A stretch of DNA of 64,000 nucleotides from the human T2T-CHM13v2.0 reference genome, Homo sapiens. The translations under genes and the position numbers were made by a program. Shown one piece after another: positions 31,484-46,282 of this stretch. Position 1 is the first letter of the stretch; each line of letters begins with the position of its first letter. The stretch lies in assembly GCF_009914755.1 (NCBI RefSeq), contig NC_060933.1; one strand, given 5' to 3'. The notes beneath the pieces were generated by a model, which did not search any database, was not told the origin of the DNA, and was given only the letters and a program-made list of their open reading frames with translations.

Positions 31484-32476
31484 ATGGTCAGGATCTGGAC
31501 AACGATAATGATAGTATTAATCCTCCTATTAAGAATCGGCCCAAACAAACCCTCGCTGTCAGGGCGACAGGCGCCCGCCCAAGCCCAGACCTCGGACCTG
31601 GTTCCAAGCCTGTTCCCGCTGGGTCTCTGGGCGCCCGGTTTCTGCACCTGGAGCTCGCCCGATGAGGACAAGGTCTGGAGGCCGGCCTGGGAACAGGGGC
31701 CGAAGGGCGAGCCGGACCCTAGGGGATTGGTAGGGTCGGGGAGAAGGGGTCCAGGCTAGGGGCGGGCGGGGCGCAGGGAGACCAGGCGGCTTGAGCGGGA
31801 GGTGGGGAGCTGGAGGAGTGCCGGGTTCGCGGGCGGGGGACGGGGAGAGGGGGGCGGGGAGAGGGGCGGGAGTCGGGGGCGGCGAGGGGAGGGGCGGAGC
31901 GCGGGTCCCGCCCCGGCGGGCCGCTGGAAAAGTTTAGTCTCTGACTCGCTCGGGCAGAGGCCGAGGAAGCCGGTTCCGGGGACGGGCAACAGGGACTCAG
32001 GGACCAGAAGGCGGCTGCAGGACGCGACCGAGCAGGACCCCAGGCCCGGGAACGACGTCGCGAGCGCTGAGACTGCCGGGCCTCCCAGCCCATCTGGCAT
32101 TCGAGCGCAGGACCGGGCGCCCCGGCACCGCCGCGCGCCACCCGCTAGGATGCCGGTGGCCCCAGCGCCCTCAGCCGACGGAGGTGAGAGGCGGGCCCGG
32201 GCGGGGCGCGGAACCAGGGTGGGGGGCTGGGGGCCGAAGGACCCACCTTTCCAACAAAATCCCCACCGATCCCGGGCGCGACGGGGACTTGGGCGCGCCA
32301 CGGCGGCCGGAGCGCTCCACATCAGCACCCCTCCCCCAGAGCCGCTGCAGGAACAGGGAGGAGGCCTTTTCCACCGCACCCGGAGCGTTTACAACGGGCT
32401 GGAGCTGAATACCTGGATGAAAGTGGAGAGGCTGTTCGTGGAGAAGTTCCATCAGTCGTTTTCCTTGGACAATTAA
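31484..32476 (+). CDS. C9orf47: Predicted 202-aa ORF C9orf47 (exons 31484-31729, 31958-32183, 32340-32476); translation doubtful
   Basis: GT-AG joins (TTG|gtaggg...cag|AGG; GAG|gtgaga...cccccag|AG) give 609 nt in one frame: MVRIWTTIMIVLILLLRIG...DPRGL-RPRKPVPG...SADG-EPLQEQ...FSLDN*. This matches the recalled C9orf47 protein. Confidence 0.7.
31956..32183 (+). other. S1PR3: S1PR3 non-coding exon 1 (5' end approximate)
   Basis: Lies in the CpG island downstream of a GC-box cluster and ends at donor GAG|GTGAGA (GT at 32184). Matches the known two-exon structure of S1PR3. Confidence 0.8.
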
Positions 32477-32760
32477 CAAGTTAGGCTTCCACAGTGCCAG
32501 GGCCTGGGGATGCTGGACGTGGGAGAGGGTTGTGGTCGTTAGCCTGGGAAAATCATTCTTTTAAACAATATTCGCCGGAAAATTAGTTTTTTCCTAACAT
32601 TTCTCAAACAAGGCAATTAGGGCCGTCAGAATCGGTGCTGGAAGACGAAGTCCCCACAGTGCAATAATGAGGTTCCCACGGAAAATCAGTACGTTGTGTT
32701 CGTAACTGAGATAACAGCTAGAGAAGGGGCTTTGGGCTTTTTGAGTCTCCCAATAGTCAG

Positions 32761-32787
32761 TCTCTCTCTCTCTCTCTCTCTCTCTCT
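32761..32787. repeat. (TC)n microsatellite
   Basis: About 13 TC units. Confidence 0.95.
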
Positions 32788-33266
32788 TCCTCTGACTTTC
32801 TGGCTTTGGACACTCCCAATGGTATATTTCTTTGTGGTGTTTTTATATTTGGATATAAGAGAGGAACTTCTTGTTGGATTTTTAAGGGAACACACTTCGT
32901 TTTGACCCTTCCAATAAGGAAAGGGGAGCTACAGGAACAGAGAGCTCTTTAGAAGGTTACTTTTAAATGGAGGCCCCCCCATTCATGGTACCCACTCCCA
33001 CTTGGACCTCTGAGACCTCCAGAATTAGGCATCATTCTAAAATCTGGACATTAGAAGTCACAGACTTTGTATATAACCACATATTCATAATTTATCTTTT
33101 CAATGTTTTTTATTCATAGATGAAAATCTTGCAGGCATAGTTAAGAAAAATATAATTCCTAGAAAGTACAAGGGAAGGATTATGCTCTGCAGATACATGA
33201 CTAACAAGGATAGCTGGCCATGCCCAGGGCTGGTGTTGGTTGAGGAGGTGGTGATGGTGCGGGGCA

Positions 33267-33291
33267 TGTGTGTGTGTGTGTGTGTGCGCGC
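33267..33291. repeat. (TG)n(CG)n microsatellite
   Basis: atgtgtgtgtgtgtgtgtgtgcgcgc. Confidence 0.9.
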
Positions 33292-36200
33292 TTGAGGAGT
33301 TGTGGAAGTGTTCATATCTGTAAAGTATTATTTCATGGATGCAGACCTTAATGCTAGGTTGAATAACTTTGTTGCCATAGAAGAAGAACCGCACGTCAGG
33401 CTTTTTTCATTAGCAAACCAGTAAGCACTCACTTTGGGCCTTTGAAATCACTTCCATCACCTAACACCAGAGATACAAACTGAAGCTAGCCCTTAAGAGC
33501 CTCCCCCTAAGATTTAGAGAGAATGATTTCTCAACCAGTTTTCATCTTTGAAAGTGCCATTTCTCCCTTTATCATTGTGATTTTTATTCAAATGCATGAG
33601 TCTCTGATTTTCTACCATATACAAAAGGGTAGAGACTACAGTTTCCTATAGAAGAAACTTCACATAGTGGCCGAAGGATCTTATTTCTCAAAATTCAGGA
33701 ACTGGTTTCCTCTTTCTGGAAATTATGACATTAACTTGATTTCATGGTATCTCTTTCATCTTCCTCAATGCCTGTGCTGTATGTATATTTTTATTATATA
33801 CTGTAGGTATATTTTTATTACCAAAAAAAGGAGAATTTGAGCATGCCACAATCTTGAAAAATCTGAGGTTGCCCTGCTGTAGAACCCTTTAACTGCCAGG
33901 ACTTTGTACTGTTTCCCAAGTGTTACCAGAGCCAGGCCGCCAGCCTTATGCAGTCTGTTTACCTTAGCTGGAACCAGGGTGCTGTGCTGTGGGTTCTATG
34001 AAACTTTCTGTTTCTTCATATTTGGCTTTGTAATTCCTTTCTTATCAGTTTTGGAGGCATTTCCTATTATTCCTCTGCCATATGTTTTCTGCCAAATTAA
34101 TTGCCTTAAGATTTTCCTTAAGCTTTTGGAAATGTATAATGTTTGAGAAAAAAGAAAAAGAATAGACTGAGTGGAATCGTATCTAGTTTCAGTTAATAAC
34201 ACGTTTCAGTTGATGTTACTGTTATAGCTACTGGGCATAAAGTCTCCTTCCCTTTTTTGAATCCTATTTTTGAGGCATTGAAGCTGTGTCTGTAAGAGAC
34301 AATAGGCCAGTTGGGTTAAATCAGTGACGAGATTGTCCAGTGCAGATTGGTGCCCAGTGAGTGGATCTTCACTGCTCACAGGCCGGACTGGGGTCAGCTC
34401 ACACAGCGAGGTGACGGTCCGCTCCTCAAGCAGTGGATGGTGCTCTTCGGCCTTGCAGATGCCGCTCCATTTTCCTGGCTTCAAAATTTTCCAGATATTT
34501 CAGTGCCCCCAGAATGACATGCTAACATTCTGCTGGCATGGGAGCATGAGGCAGTTTGTCTCTAAAACATGCCAGAGAATCTCTTGTCACTACCTAGGCA
34601 AAGAACCAGTGGCAAGGTGGCAGCCTCCCAAAGAGCTCATCCCTAATGTGACATCCTGGAATCAGATGGCACGGACACCGGCCCAGCCCCTTCCCAGCTC
34701 TGTGACTAAGGACAAGTGACACCCCCCCTCCCCCAGCCTCGGTCTCCTCCTGTGTACATTCAGAAGGCAGATGCTGCCATGAGGCCATGTGTGCTATGTC
34801 CATGGTGCAAGGTGGCACGCATGCCGAGTCACCAGGTGAGACTGCCGCTTTGGGAAGGGATAGGAAGGATCTCCGGTAGCCTTCGTGGGCAGGATGCCTC
34901 TTATTTGAATGTGCCTTTAGCCACCTCACAGAGCCTATTTCCACATCCCTGTGGATTCATCCCTGTGGAAATCTTGAGAATCATTTATTCTATGCTGTCA
35001 TGAAGCAGCAGCAGAATGGAGAAGGTTTAAAAAGACTCATGGACAGGCAAAGCGGTCAAACACCTCCTGGCTCAGACGCACTTGCCTTCCCACACACAAG
35101 TCTGGAAGCTCAGGATGGTGTTCACGGAGGCAGATGCTCGGGGCCGGGGCCTGAGTTTCCTGGGGCACAGCCTCCATATCTGGGGTTCCCTGGACTATGC
35201 CCAGATAGCTCATAATGTCCCAGCCTTATTTGTGATGGAGAAGGACTTGGGGAAAAGCCACCGGGAAGCAGTAAGTCTAACCAGGGAAGTGCACTGACTT
35301 GCATGCTTTGAAGAAGAGAAGGGAGAAAAGATACAAAACCCTCACCTGGTTTGTCTGTAACAGTTGTTATTTCTCAGGGGAGCTGCATTAATGGGCCAAG
35401 CCTGTGCAGCTGGGTGTGTGAAGCATGCATTTTGCAATGGACTGTCTCCAAAAGCAGAGCGAGGTCACCCAAGAAATCTAGAGCAAGGGAAAATACTCAT
35501 TAGCAAAGGAATTTTGCTGGAGCCTTGTAACGGCCGACTCATTATTTCCTTTCCAAGTTATTTTAAATGAAATTTTAAAAAACATCTTGCTTTCCAAGAA
35601 ATTTTGCTTGTTGGCATATGTTTGGTGTTTTGATTCAGTTTGGAGGATGAACTAGTTAATTTCCCTGGGAGTACATGCCTATTAAAAATATAGCATCCTG
35701 CATCTGACCAAGATGCTATCTTACTATCTTATTGTGCCTATCTTTTATGCGGAGAGAGAAAGGGGGGTGTTGGGAAGGAGACCAGACTGTGGAAACATTT
35801 TCTTTATTTTTTCTCTTTTTCTTCCTTTTATAGTTTGTTTATTTTTCAACTTGACATGGGTAGAGAAAGCGAATCGCTAGTATAGAAAGCACATCTGGAA
35901 TCCATCCGGCCTCCTCTCTCTGGCTCACCCTCCTCCCAGCAATGTTTCTCCTTGGAAGTTGGGGGAAGGTAGGCACCTCTGACCTTGGCAGGGTCTAACT
36001 TGGGGTCATCCACTGCATACTCATCTTCCAGAAGGCGTCTTATTCCTCCTCGACAAAAAAAAAATGTGTTGGTATTAAAATGCTTTGAGGTAGGCTGGAT
36101 GAACCCAGCTTAGTGAAGATGACATGAAAACCCTTAGCTAATGGGGTCTTTATTGAGTAGAACTCAGGTAAGTTCAGATGTAAGCAGTGTCTCTCAGTAA

Positions 36201-36607
36201 ACATGAAAAGACTGAAGATGCAGACAATCAAATACTTAAGTCTCTTGAAGAGCTGGGTGGTGGGCGGGGGTCTTCCCAGGTGGTCAGGGAGATGTGTTAG
36301 TGTAGCACTTGGAAGAGAGTGGAACGACCAGGCAAGGATGTGCCGTGGAGGTGGGCAGTGGGAGCAGCCCAGTGTCAGCATCTGTATTGGTTAGAAGACC
36401 ACCGCTAATGAGGAGGAGCGTCTCTACCCTGCAGCTGTCTGTACTCCTGTGTCTTCCGTAATGTGCCAAGCTCTCTGAATATATGCAAAACTAGTCTGCA
36501 AAGAGCCATATGTCTCAGCATCTGGCTTTATTTCTAAGTGTTCAGGTGGAATTTAAGCCGCGATCAAATTTACAATGTCACTGCCAGCTCTGGACACTTA
36601 CTTTTGG

Positions 36608-36613
36608 AATAAA
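36608..36613 (+). terminator. Intronic poly(A) signal, candidate 3' end of C9orf47-type transcripts
   Basis: AATAAA in ttggAATAAAgcaaaga inside S1PR3 intron 1. Position agrees with the recalled C9orf47 transcript end. Confidence 0.45.
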
Positions 36614-36759
36614 GCAAAGAGTGAACACTAATACTGCATCAGTCTTGCCCTCTGTTAGGGGCCGCCCCTTCTCCCCACACCAGTTTTGCAAGATGGGCTG
36701 GCTGGGGTCTGAGAAACCCAGTGCCTCCGAGTCATGGTTAAAGCCCATCTCAGACACCA

Positions 36760-37210
36760 ACACACCGCTCACAAATCAACATCGACCTGCGAAAACATGG
36801 ACATGTGTTCGCCAAGAGAACATCCTCAATCAATCCCAGCAGTGCTACTTGATGATAATCAACACATGGGCCATGGAAGAAATTACCCCATGTCCATAAA
36901 CAAGAATGAATAGAGGGTAGTGTATCTACCCACACCATGAGAGCAAGAATATTCAGCATGCAGGTGCATCTATGTGCATGACTCGTACAAGCATCATGGG
37001 GAGAGGAAAGCAATGGACACAATTGTATCCTGTAGGGTTTCATTCACGTGAAGGTCAGAAGCAGGCTAAACTCACCTAGGGGAGAGTCCTATCCCAGGTA
37101 GTGGTCATGCTTGGGGACAGGTGGTGACTAGGAGGGGCACAAGGAAGGCTGCAGGGTCCGGCCCATCTTGTTGCTGGCCTGGGTGCTGGTCTCACTGATC
37201 TCTGTGTGGT
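36760..37210 (+). mobile_element. Ancient L1 (L1ME-like) 3' fragment
   Basis: aaaacatggacatgtgttc...cccatgtccataaacaagaatgaatag...gaagcaggctaaact. Confidence 0.5.
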
Positions 37211-38683
37211 GGGGCAGGTCAGCCTCCCAGGCCTGCTGGTGCCTGCAGTGCCCAGCACTCCTGCCGTGCCTGGCAGTGTTAGTACCAATCCGCCAGAGTG
37301 ACTGACTCCCCTCTTGCCCTGAGTAGGGCTTGCTGACTCCAGGAGCCTCAGGGCGGGGTGGGCTTTGAGCTTTCTTCTAGCAAACTTGAGGTCTGTGGCT
37401 GGTACCCCTCAGGAGCGGAGGGGAACTCTTGTCCATGAGATGCTTTTAACCGTGCGCAATAATGTGTAGACGCATCCAAAATCAATCTGGCCTTTAGCCC
37501 AGCACTTAACTCTTGGGATGAGGCCTGCTTTGTAAATGTTGATAATCCAGAGAAAATGAGCTTTTAGATTCCAAAGACAGCCAGATATCTTCCACTTATG
37601 CAAAATGCAGAGAATCATATTTAACAAAAGATGTTCTGGACAAATATGCTTCTTGAGGGATGAATATTTAATTATAAGGGAAATGATAAATCAAACATTA
37701 ATGGGAAAATATGTTTGCCCTCAAGATTCATGATTTTGATGGGTCTCTGGCAAATCTTATACTATGTTTATTGGGGTTATTTTATTGCTGGTTATTAGTT
37801 TTTAATTGTTTGCTTGTTTTCTGCTCTGATCAATTTTTGTATAAGCCGTGGGTCTATTCACCCTCTTCTCTCCATTCCCGGGAGCAAGTCCACATCTGGC
37901 TGTTGGATGCATGGCAAAAGCAAAGGTGTGGAGAAGGTTCAGAGGAGACAGGACATGTATAAAATGGTAGGGTCAGGTTGTCATGGGGGAAACTGAGGCA
38001 CAGGAGGCAAGCTGAGTTAGTACAAGAACAGTCTGAATCATAACGACATGCCAGTATTACCTAAAAGGATGAGGAACATGGAGCTGTACTTGAATCCCTA
38101 CGTGAGCTGGGGAAAAGGGGCCTCAGGAATCACTGACATTGGAACCAAGGTTTGTCTGCAGCTTGTCGGTTTCTGGGACAGAAACCCAACATACTGGAGT
38201 GGGTATCCCAGCGATCTGTAGGATAAACCAGGACACTGTGGTGTCATGGATAGCTGGCTGTCTGCCAGGTGATGGCCCCTCTGGTTGCAATGTGAGCCGG
38301 GCAGGTCATCCATTTGGCAGCATGGTGAGGGCTCTGGCCCCAGTTGCTATGGGAGGGAGGATGCTGGCACAGGGCACTGTTCACAGACTGCCTTTGCTCC
38401 ATGCCTTTTCCATGAGCATGAGTGGCTGTTCGTGTGGGAAACGGCAGAGCCCTCGCGGTCCCCATCAGCACTGTGCAGTGGTACCGGAGGTGGCAGGAGA
38501 CAGCCTGATGGCCCAGGTTGTCTTCATACCCGGCTTCATGCCAGGGTGCATGCCGGGCATAGCACATGTGTCCCTGAGAGGCCCCTGATCAGGGGTGGAA
38601 ACCCAGCAAAGTGAAAATCAGAAATAGTGATTCTCCAGTCCCTGTTCACAGATAAAGAAAGAAAGAAATAATAAGCAATACTA

Positions 38684-39033
<350 letters not shown>

Positions 39034-40208
39034 TCAGTGTACAGGATGCTGGGGAGGGTACTGTGAACTTACCCATGGTGAAAGTCCCTGTGTTAATGGA
39101 TAAGCTCAATGCTCAGAAAATGCTGCTGACTGTGGTATTGCCCCATTTAAAGAGACAGTTTGCAGTACGTTTTCAGAAGTGGCATGCAGCCTCAGAGAAA
39201 AGTCACCAGGGGCTGGCATGATTCCAGAAAATGTTACAGAGCAAGTGGAATTTGACTTGAGGCTTGAAGGATGGGCAAGATTTAAATAAAATTCAGAAAC
39301 GGTAGAGAGGGAGGGGCTGGGGGGAAGGCTGCCCACTGGACTGTCCTGTTTGCCTCCAGGAGAACCTACAGGCAAGACATGGTCTCTTCTCAGGTGAATG
39401 GGAAGCCAAGTAGGGCTGGCATGGGTGAGCCACAGCTCGAGGAGGCAGGCCCCGGGCCCTGCGCTGCCTGTCATGGCTCATGAGTGATGGGAGAGATCTG
39501 GGCAGGCAACCTCCTCTCATCCTGCATCATCAGCCTGGACTTGGAACTTGGCTGCTTTTTCTTTCTGCAGTTAGCAGAGGGCCTTGGCCAACACATAAGC
39601 CTTTCTGCCAGCACTTGGCATTCCAGCTGACCTCGACCCAAGGCCTCTGTGACTTCAGGAGGCGGCAGCTGGGAAGGGTCAGGGCAGTTCCAGGCAGAGC
39701 ACAGACGTCAGCTCAGACATCCTACCCCCCGCCAACCCCCCGCCCCCGGGGTTTCCAGAGCAACCAACACCACCAAGCTCCAGGACACTGGAAAAAAAAT
39801 CTTTGCAAAGAAGCAAGGGGCCATCTCAGAAAATCCAGGTCCCCCAAATTGATGTAGGGAGAGGAGGGCTTTGACAGCATTCAGCACTCCAGAGGGTCAC
39901 GAGGATACAGAAACCATTTGGAGCCACCTCTGCTTCTCAGCCCCACCCAGGCCAGCCCTGGATCTTCAAGGGACTGATTTGTACCTGGGAATAAACTCAT
40001 GCATGGATGAGATTCAGAGTCAATCACACCCTAAAATGCAGAGCCCATAGTATTGGTGAGTTGTTCATGTGTCTCTGAAGCAAATTTAGGGCTGTGGTTC
40101 AAACATCGTAAAAGTTAAAAAAAATTCACTGGATACACACAGTAGGCTCTTTTAAATTAGCCTCATTTGAACTTAATTACATATTTAAATACTCAAATAA
40201 TAAATGAT

Positions 40209-40535
<327 letters not shown>

Positions 40536-41626
40536 GTGAGTCCACTGAAAGCGGTTTCTACCTTGATAGTTGGGTGTGTGGCGTCATCAACATCACAGAA
40601 GGCTGATCGATATTACCAGGTGTGGTTGAGTGCAAGTGTTTGAGGTCTCGTGGGGGAAGAGTTTGGAATTCAGAATCCATTGAGGCCTTCACTCACCACT
40701 TTCCCTCTCTCGCTGTGTTCCCAAATGTGCCACTTTTCTGTTGGCTCACATGCACCCATGCTCTATTTGATATTCAGGGCTCTGAATTTCAAGCCAGACT
40801 CAGTCAGTGTGATTGTCACTGCTTTCCTGTCCTTCCTTTATCATCTGTAGACTTGGGTCCCGTTTTTGCAGGTTGATGTTCTGTCTTCGCTGGGCTCTGG
40901 ACTCACTGCTCACGAGTGCGGTGTCTGCATGGGCACTGCCCAGACATGCACTGTTGGTCCCTCGATGGCTGCATGGTCAGGCCTCAGGGCTCTCTGCCAG
41001 GCCGACCTACAGCCCATACAGACCTGATTTCTGGGCCTGGATCCAGGGGATGCCATCTGGGAAGTGCGGGATCTTCCCACGATGTCACTGTAAAACTCAC
41101 CAGGGAGGTTTTAGAAATTGAACCGGCATCATTCAGATTCCATCCTGCTTTTTGGTCCTGAGAAAATCCTGCTTTTCCCTGAGTAACTGGGATAATGGGT
41201 CACCAGCTCCCATGCCCTAGATGAGGACTAGTTAGCATTTTCTAGTGCCTGGAGATTTCCAGATGGAAGCTGTACTTGGGTCTGTGTATCTTTGTTACAG
41301 GATTCAATAATTCATGCACTGAATTTCCCTTCCCGGCAACTCCAGACACCAAATCGCTTCCCATGGTGTCCCCCAATCACTTAGGAATTTAGCCTGTGTC
41401 TAAAGACCCTCTCTGCAGCCTGACGTGGCTAGCCATCCCAGTACTTCCACGTTTTTCATGCCTTTCTCCAACAGCGTTGCCGTGGCCCCTTAGGCGGCGA
41501 TCGTTTTATCAATGGTCGCTCCCTCTTTTTATCTGTTGGCAGGAGCCCTTTTTCAACGCCCTCGCTGGAGTCTGGCCTGCACGCCTTGCTGAATGAAGCC
41601 GGAACCTCAGCCCCGCTTCCCTTTGA

Positions 41627-42826
<1,200 letters not shown>

Positions 42827-44562
42827 TCGTCTCCATGCGCCCTGCTCTGCGGCTGTGTTCTTATTTATTGCATGCGTCGCTTCCACAGGGGCCCCTCAAG
42901 AGCTGTGACTCGGGAGAGCTACCTTACTTTGACCAACAGCCTGCCCAGTGTGGATGTCTCTTACAGAGGGGGCCCAAGGAATCACCACCCCGCTTCAGTG
43001 TAAACAACGTGCCTTGTCCACTTTGGGCTCCAGAGTCTTTCAGATGTACTAAGCTGCTGACATCATCCACTGCCTTCTGCTGCATCCTAGACACCCTCCC
43101 TGTTGTTCACAGAGAGGGAAGGTCGTGGGCCACACAATGCTGTGTGACCCTCTCCGTGTGCCTCTGAATGGTGTTTTGATGATTTTACACTACATTTCCT
43201 GTGCGTAGAATGGATGCTTGTATATTCGTACATCTCTATGTTACACAGAATTTGTGTTGCAGGTGTTTGCCATGTGGTACCTACATAGAATCTCCATACA
43301 ACACACAGGTAACAGGTTATACAAGTGGATTCAGACTGAACCCCCAGTACAAGGACATTGTTTTGAACTAGGTGGACATGCCATCCCTGGTCTCCTTAGA
43401 CTGACATGATTCTCATGTTAACCAAGTTTTAAAAGTTCAAATTCCCCAAAAAGGCTTGTCCAAGGCTGGCCCCAGATGTGTGGGTCTGACCCACACCAGC
43501 CCTGTGTCCTGTCCTTTCAGTCATTTGTCCCTGCGTAATTTTAATCGTATTCCAAAGCCCAATTATGTGATGGTTTTCAGGTTTCTGCAAATTACAGAAG
43601 AGCCAGCCAAGATCACCCAGGAGCTTGTGCCCCCAGATGGGCCAAAGAAAGAGCCTATGAAGGAGAAGCAGAAGCGGACGGCTGGCCTGGCTCACCTTCC
43701 CACGCCAGTGGGGCAGGGGTCTGCTTCAGGAAATGGAAGCTGTCCAGGAAATGAGCAGAGATTCACAAGACAGCACTTTGATTCTATGTTGAGTTTGTTT
43801 CTATATTAGAAAAGCAGCAAGTCAGTAATCCCCCGTGGCATCACAGCTAAGTAGCTGTGGCCACCGGCAGTTTCACAGCATCCTGAAAGCTGGCACTGAT
43901 CGTGACTATCAGTGAAAGAAGTTTAATTTTCAGGTTAGAAAATGTGATCTGGCAGTTTATGCATTCTTCAGAGTAATGTAATAATACCTATGTGATGCTG
44001 TAATTTTACTTTTCAACATAAGTTGAACCCGTAGCAGTCTGTTTACCTTGTAAAGGGATTACTTAGAAGACATTTTTGTACATGCTCTTCCCCAAGGATT
44101 GTACGTATTATACAAATAGATGGAAAGAAAAGTGAACACGTTTGTAGAACTTTCATAAGCACACAGTTGCTGTGTTGAGTTCTCTTTAAAAACAAGGACA
44201 AAACCAACCAGCGTTCAAAGGAACCTCCCATCAGAGTCCCCTAAAGTATTTTAGGTTCAGTGAGCATTTGCCTGAATAAAACCTAAAAGAGTAGTCTTAA
44301 CACATTACTAACTTTTTCTAAGAGAAATTGATTCCTGTTTTGTCATCTGATGCAATTTGCTCTTATAAAGAGACATTTTCATAGGTTCAGAGTAACTCAC
44401 CTCCATGGGCTGACCAAAGGCTTTTCTAATTTTTGTTACTGATGAGATGAAACCTATTTGTAAGGAGATCTTCCCCAGGAGCATTTCTGTTGCCTTCTTG
44501 ACATCAATGAAAAGTAGCATATTCTCTTATGAAATAGCATGAGAAAACACAGGGCATTTCTA

Positions 44563-44946
<384 letters not shown>

Positions 44947-45469
44947 TCAGTATTGCATTTTCACATAGGTGATGAAATGACTTTGGAACTTTATCTGTGT
45001 TATAGTTATGAGTTGCTTTGGGAGACTTGGAGCTCTCTGTAGCTATTGTTCATAACACTTTGCTCCATAACCCTGATGTCCGCAGTATCTAAGTATCTCA
45101 GCCTTCATCCATTAACTCTACTAGGGAGCCCACAGCCACCATTTCCACTAGGAGGTATCAATATTTGTGGTATGACATAAGGCTCCCTTGAAATAACAAG
45201 ACTTTTGAGCAATCTGAATTAAAAATACATCAAAAAAGTAATAGCGCTCATTTGCTAAATGCAAAAAATAATCACCTTTGATACCAATGTGCACCAATAT
45301 GCCTAACTAGCTAGCCAGCTGGAGATAATTTACCAGGGAATGTTTCAAAGCCCTAACCTTGAAGTTTGGAAACAGGTGGTCTTCTATGCTGCAGAGAAAC
45401 TATGCATTAGGTCTCTTTTCAATTAGAAACCTTTACTATTTCCAATGTATGTTTGTTAAAAATAATAAT

Positions 45470-45625
45470 AATAAAACCAAAAGCCTTTGTGGAAACCCAC
45501 TCTTCGTAGTCCATGTGATGGGATTGTTTTATCGTTTTCACCGGGTGCCCTCCCCACTGCAGGGGTGCGCACTGTTGTTGCAGGCTTGCTACCCACCTGT
45601 GTTTCTTAGCATTTCAGGAATTAAA
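45470..45625 (+). terminator. S1PR3 poly(A) signals
   Basis: AATAAA at 45470 and ATTAAA at 45620; a further AATAAA at 45792. Confidence 0.6.
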
Positions 45626-46276
45626 CCACATTCAGAACCCCAAATAACCTTTCCCCTTTCTTCTTACCCACTATCATAGGTGGTATTTTAATGAAGCGTC
45701 TGTGCCTTGGGTGCTATTTACACCAATTTTGGTAGGTCATACTATTTTGAGAATGGTCTTTTGATAGGGAGAAATTTCTAAGACCCATGGTAATAAAAGT
45801 GCAGCTCAAAGACATGGGACCTCTTGTCCTGCCCCATTTGCTGTTGTTTATGCAGCAGGAGAGAATAGGTCAGAACCAACCTTTGCACACTAGCTTTCTC
45901 CCACACAAACGGTCCATTTTAGCCTCTCTGTCCCACTTGCTATGTAAAGAGGAGGCCAGTGCTCGGCATAACTGTTCTGGTAGCGATGCTTGTTACAACT
46001 CATGATGAAATGTCCCAACGCAAGTGAGGACGCAGCTGCCCGCCCCAGAGCTAGAAGGTAAGGTGAGTTCTCTAGGAGTACATCTGCCCGGATGCATTTT
46101 CATTCCGCAGCCTTGATGAATGGGACGAGGCTTTGTTGTGACTGTTTTTTAAGCAGTCCCCCAGGGAATCACTGAAAATACCTACTTCTTAGAGAAAAGT
46201 TTCAAGCTCCCCTCCTCTCTTTTGTGAGGCAATACAAAATCCATCATCCAAATGAAAGATACTTTTCACAACAGCC

Positions 46277-46282
46277 TTTATT
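46277..46282 (-). terminator. SHC3 distal poly(A) signal
   Basis: tttatt on + = AATAAA on -. Confidence 0.6.

Larger units (their letters stand above)
31180..32530. promoter_or_regulatory. CpG island / TATA-less promoter of S1PR3 (and C9orf47)
   Basis: High GC and CpG density compared with CpG-depleted flanks. Multiple GGGGCGGGG/GGGCGG Sp/KLF boxes at 31759-31900. Confidence 0.9.

Noticed and set aside
30555-32479. Several 100-224-aa ORFs on both strands around the CpG island
   Set aside because: Expected in GC-rich DNA poor in stop codons. Only the spliced C9orf47 frame is supported.
45145-45160. CTCF-like motif ccactaggaggta (others near 31245 and 55470)
   Set aside because: Only partial matches; cannot be supported without PWM scoring or ChIP data.
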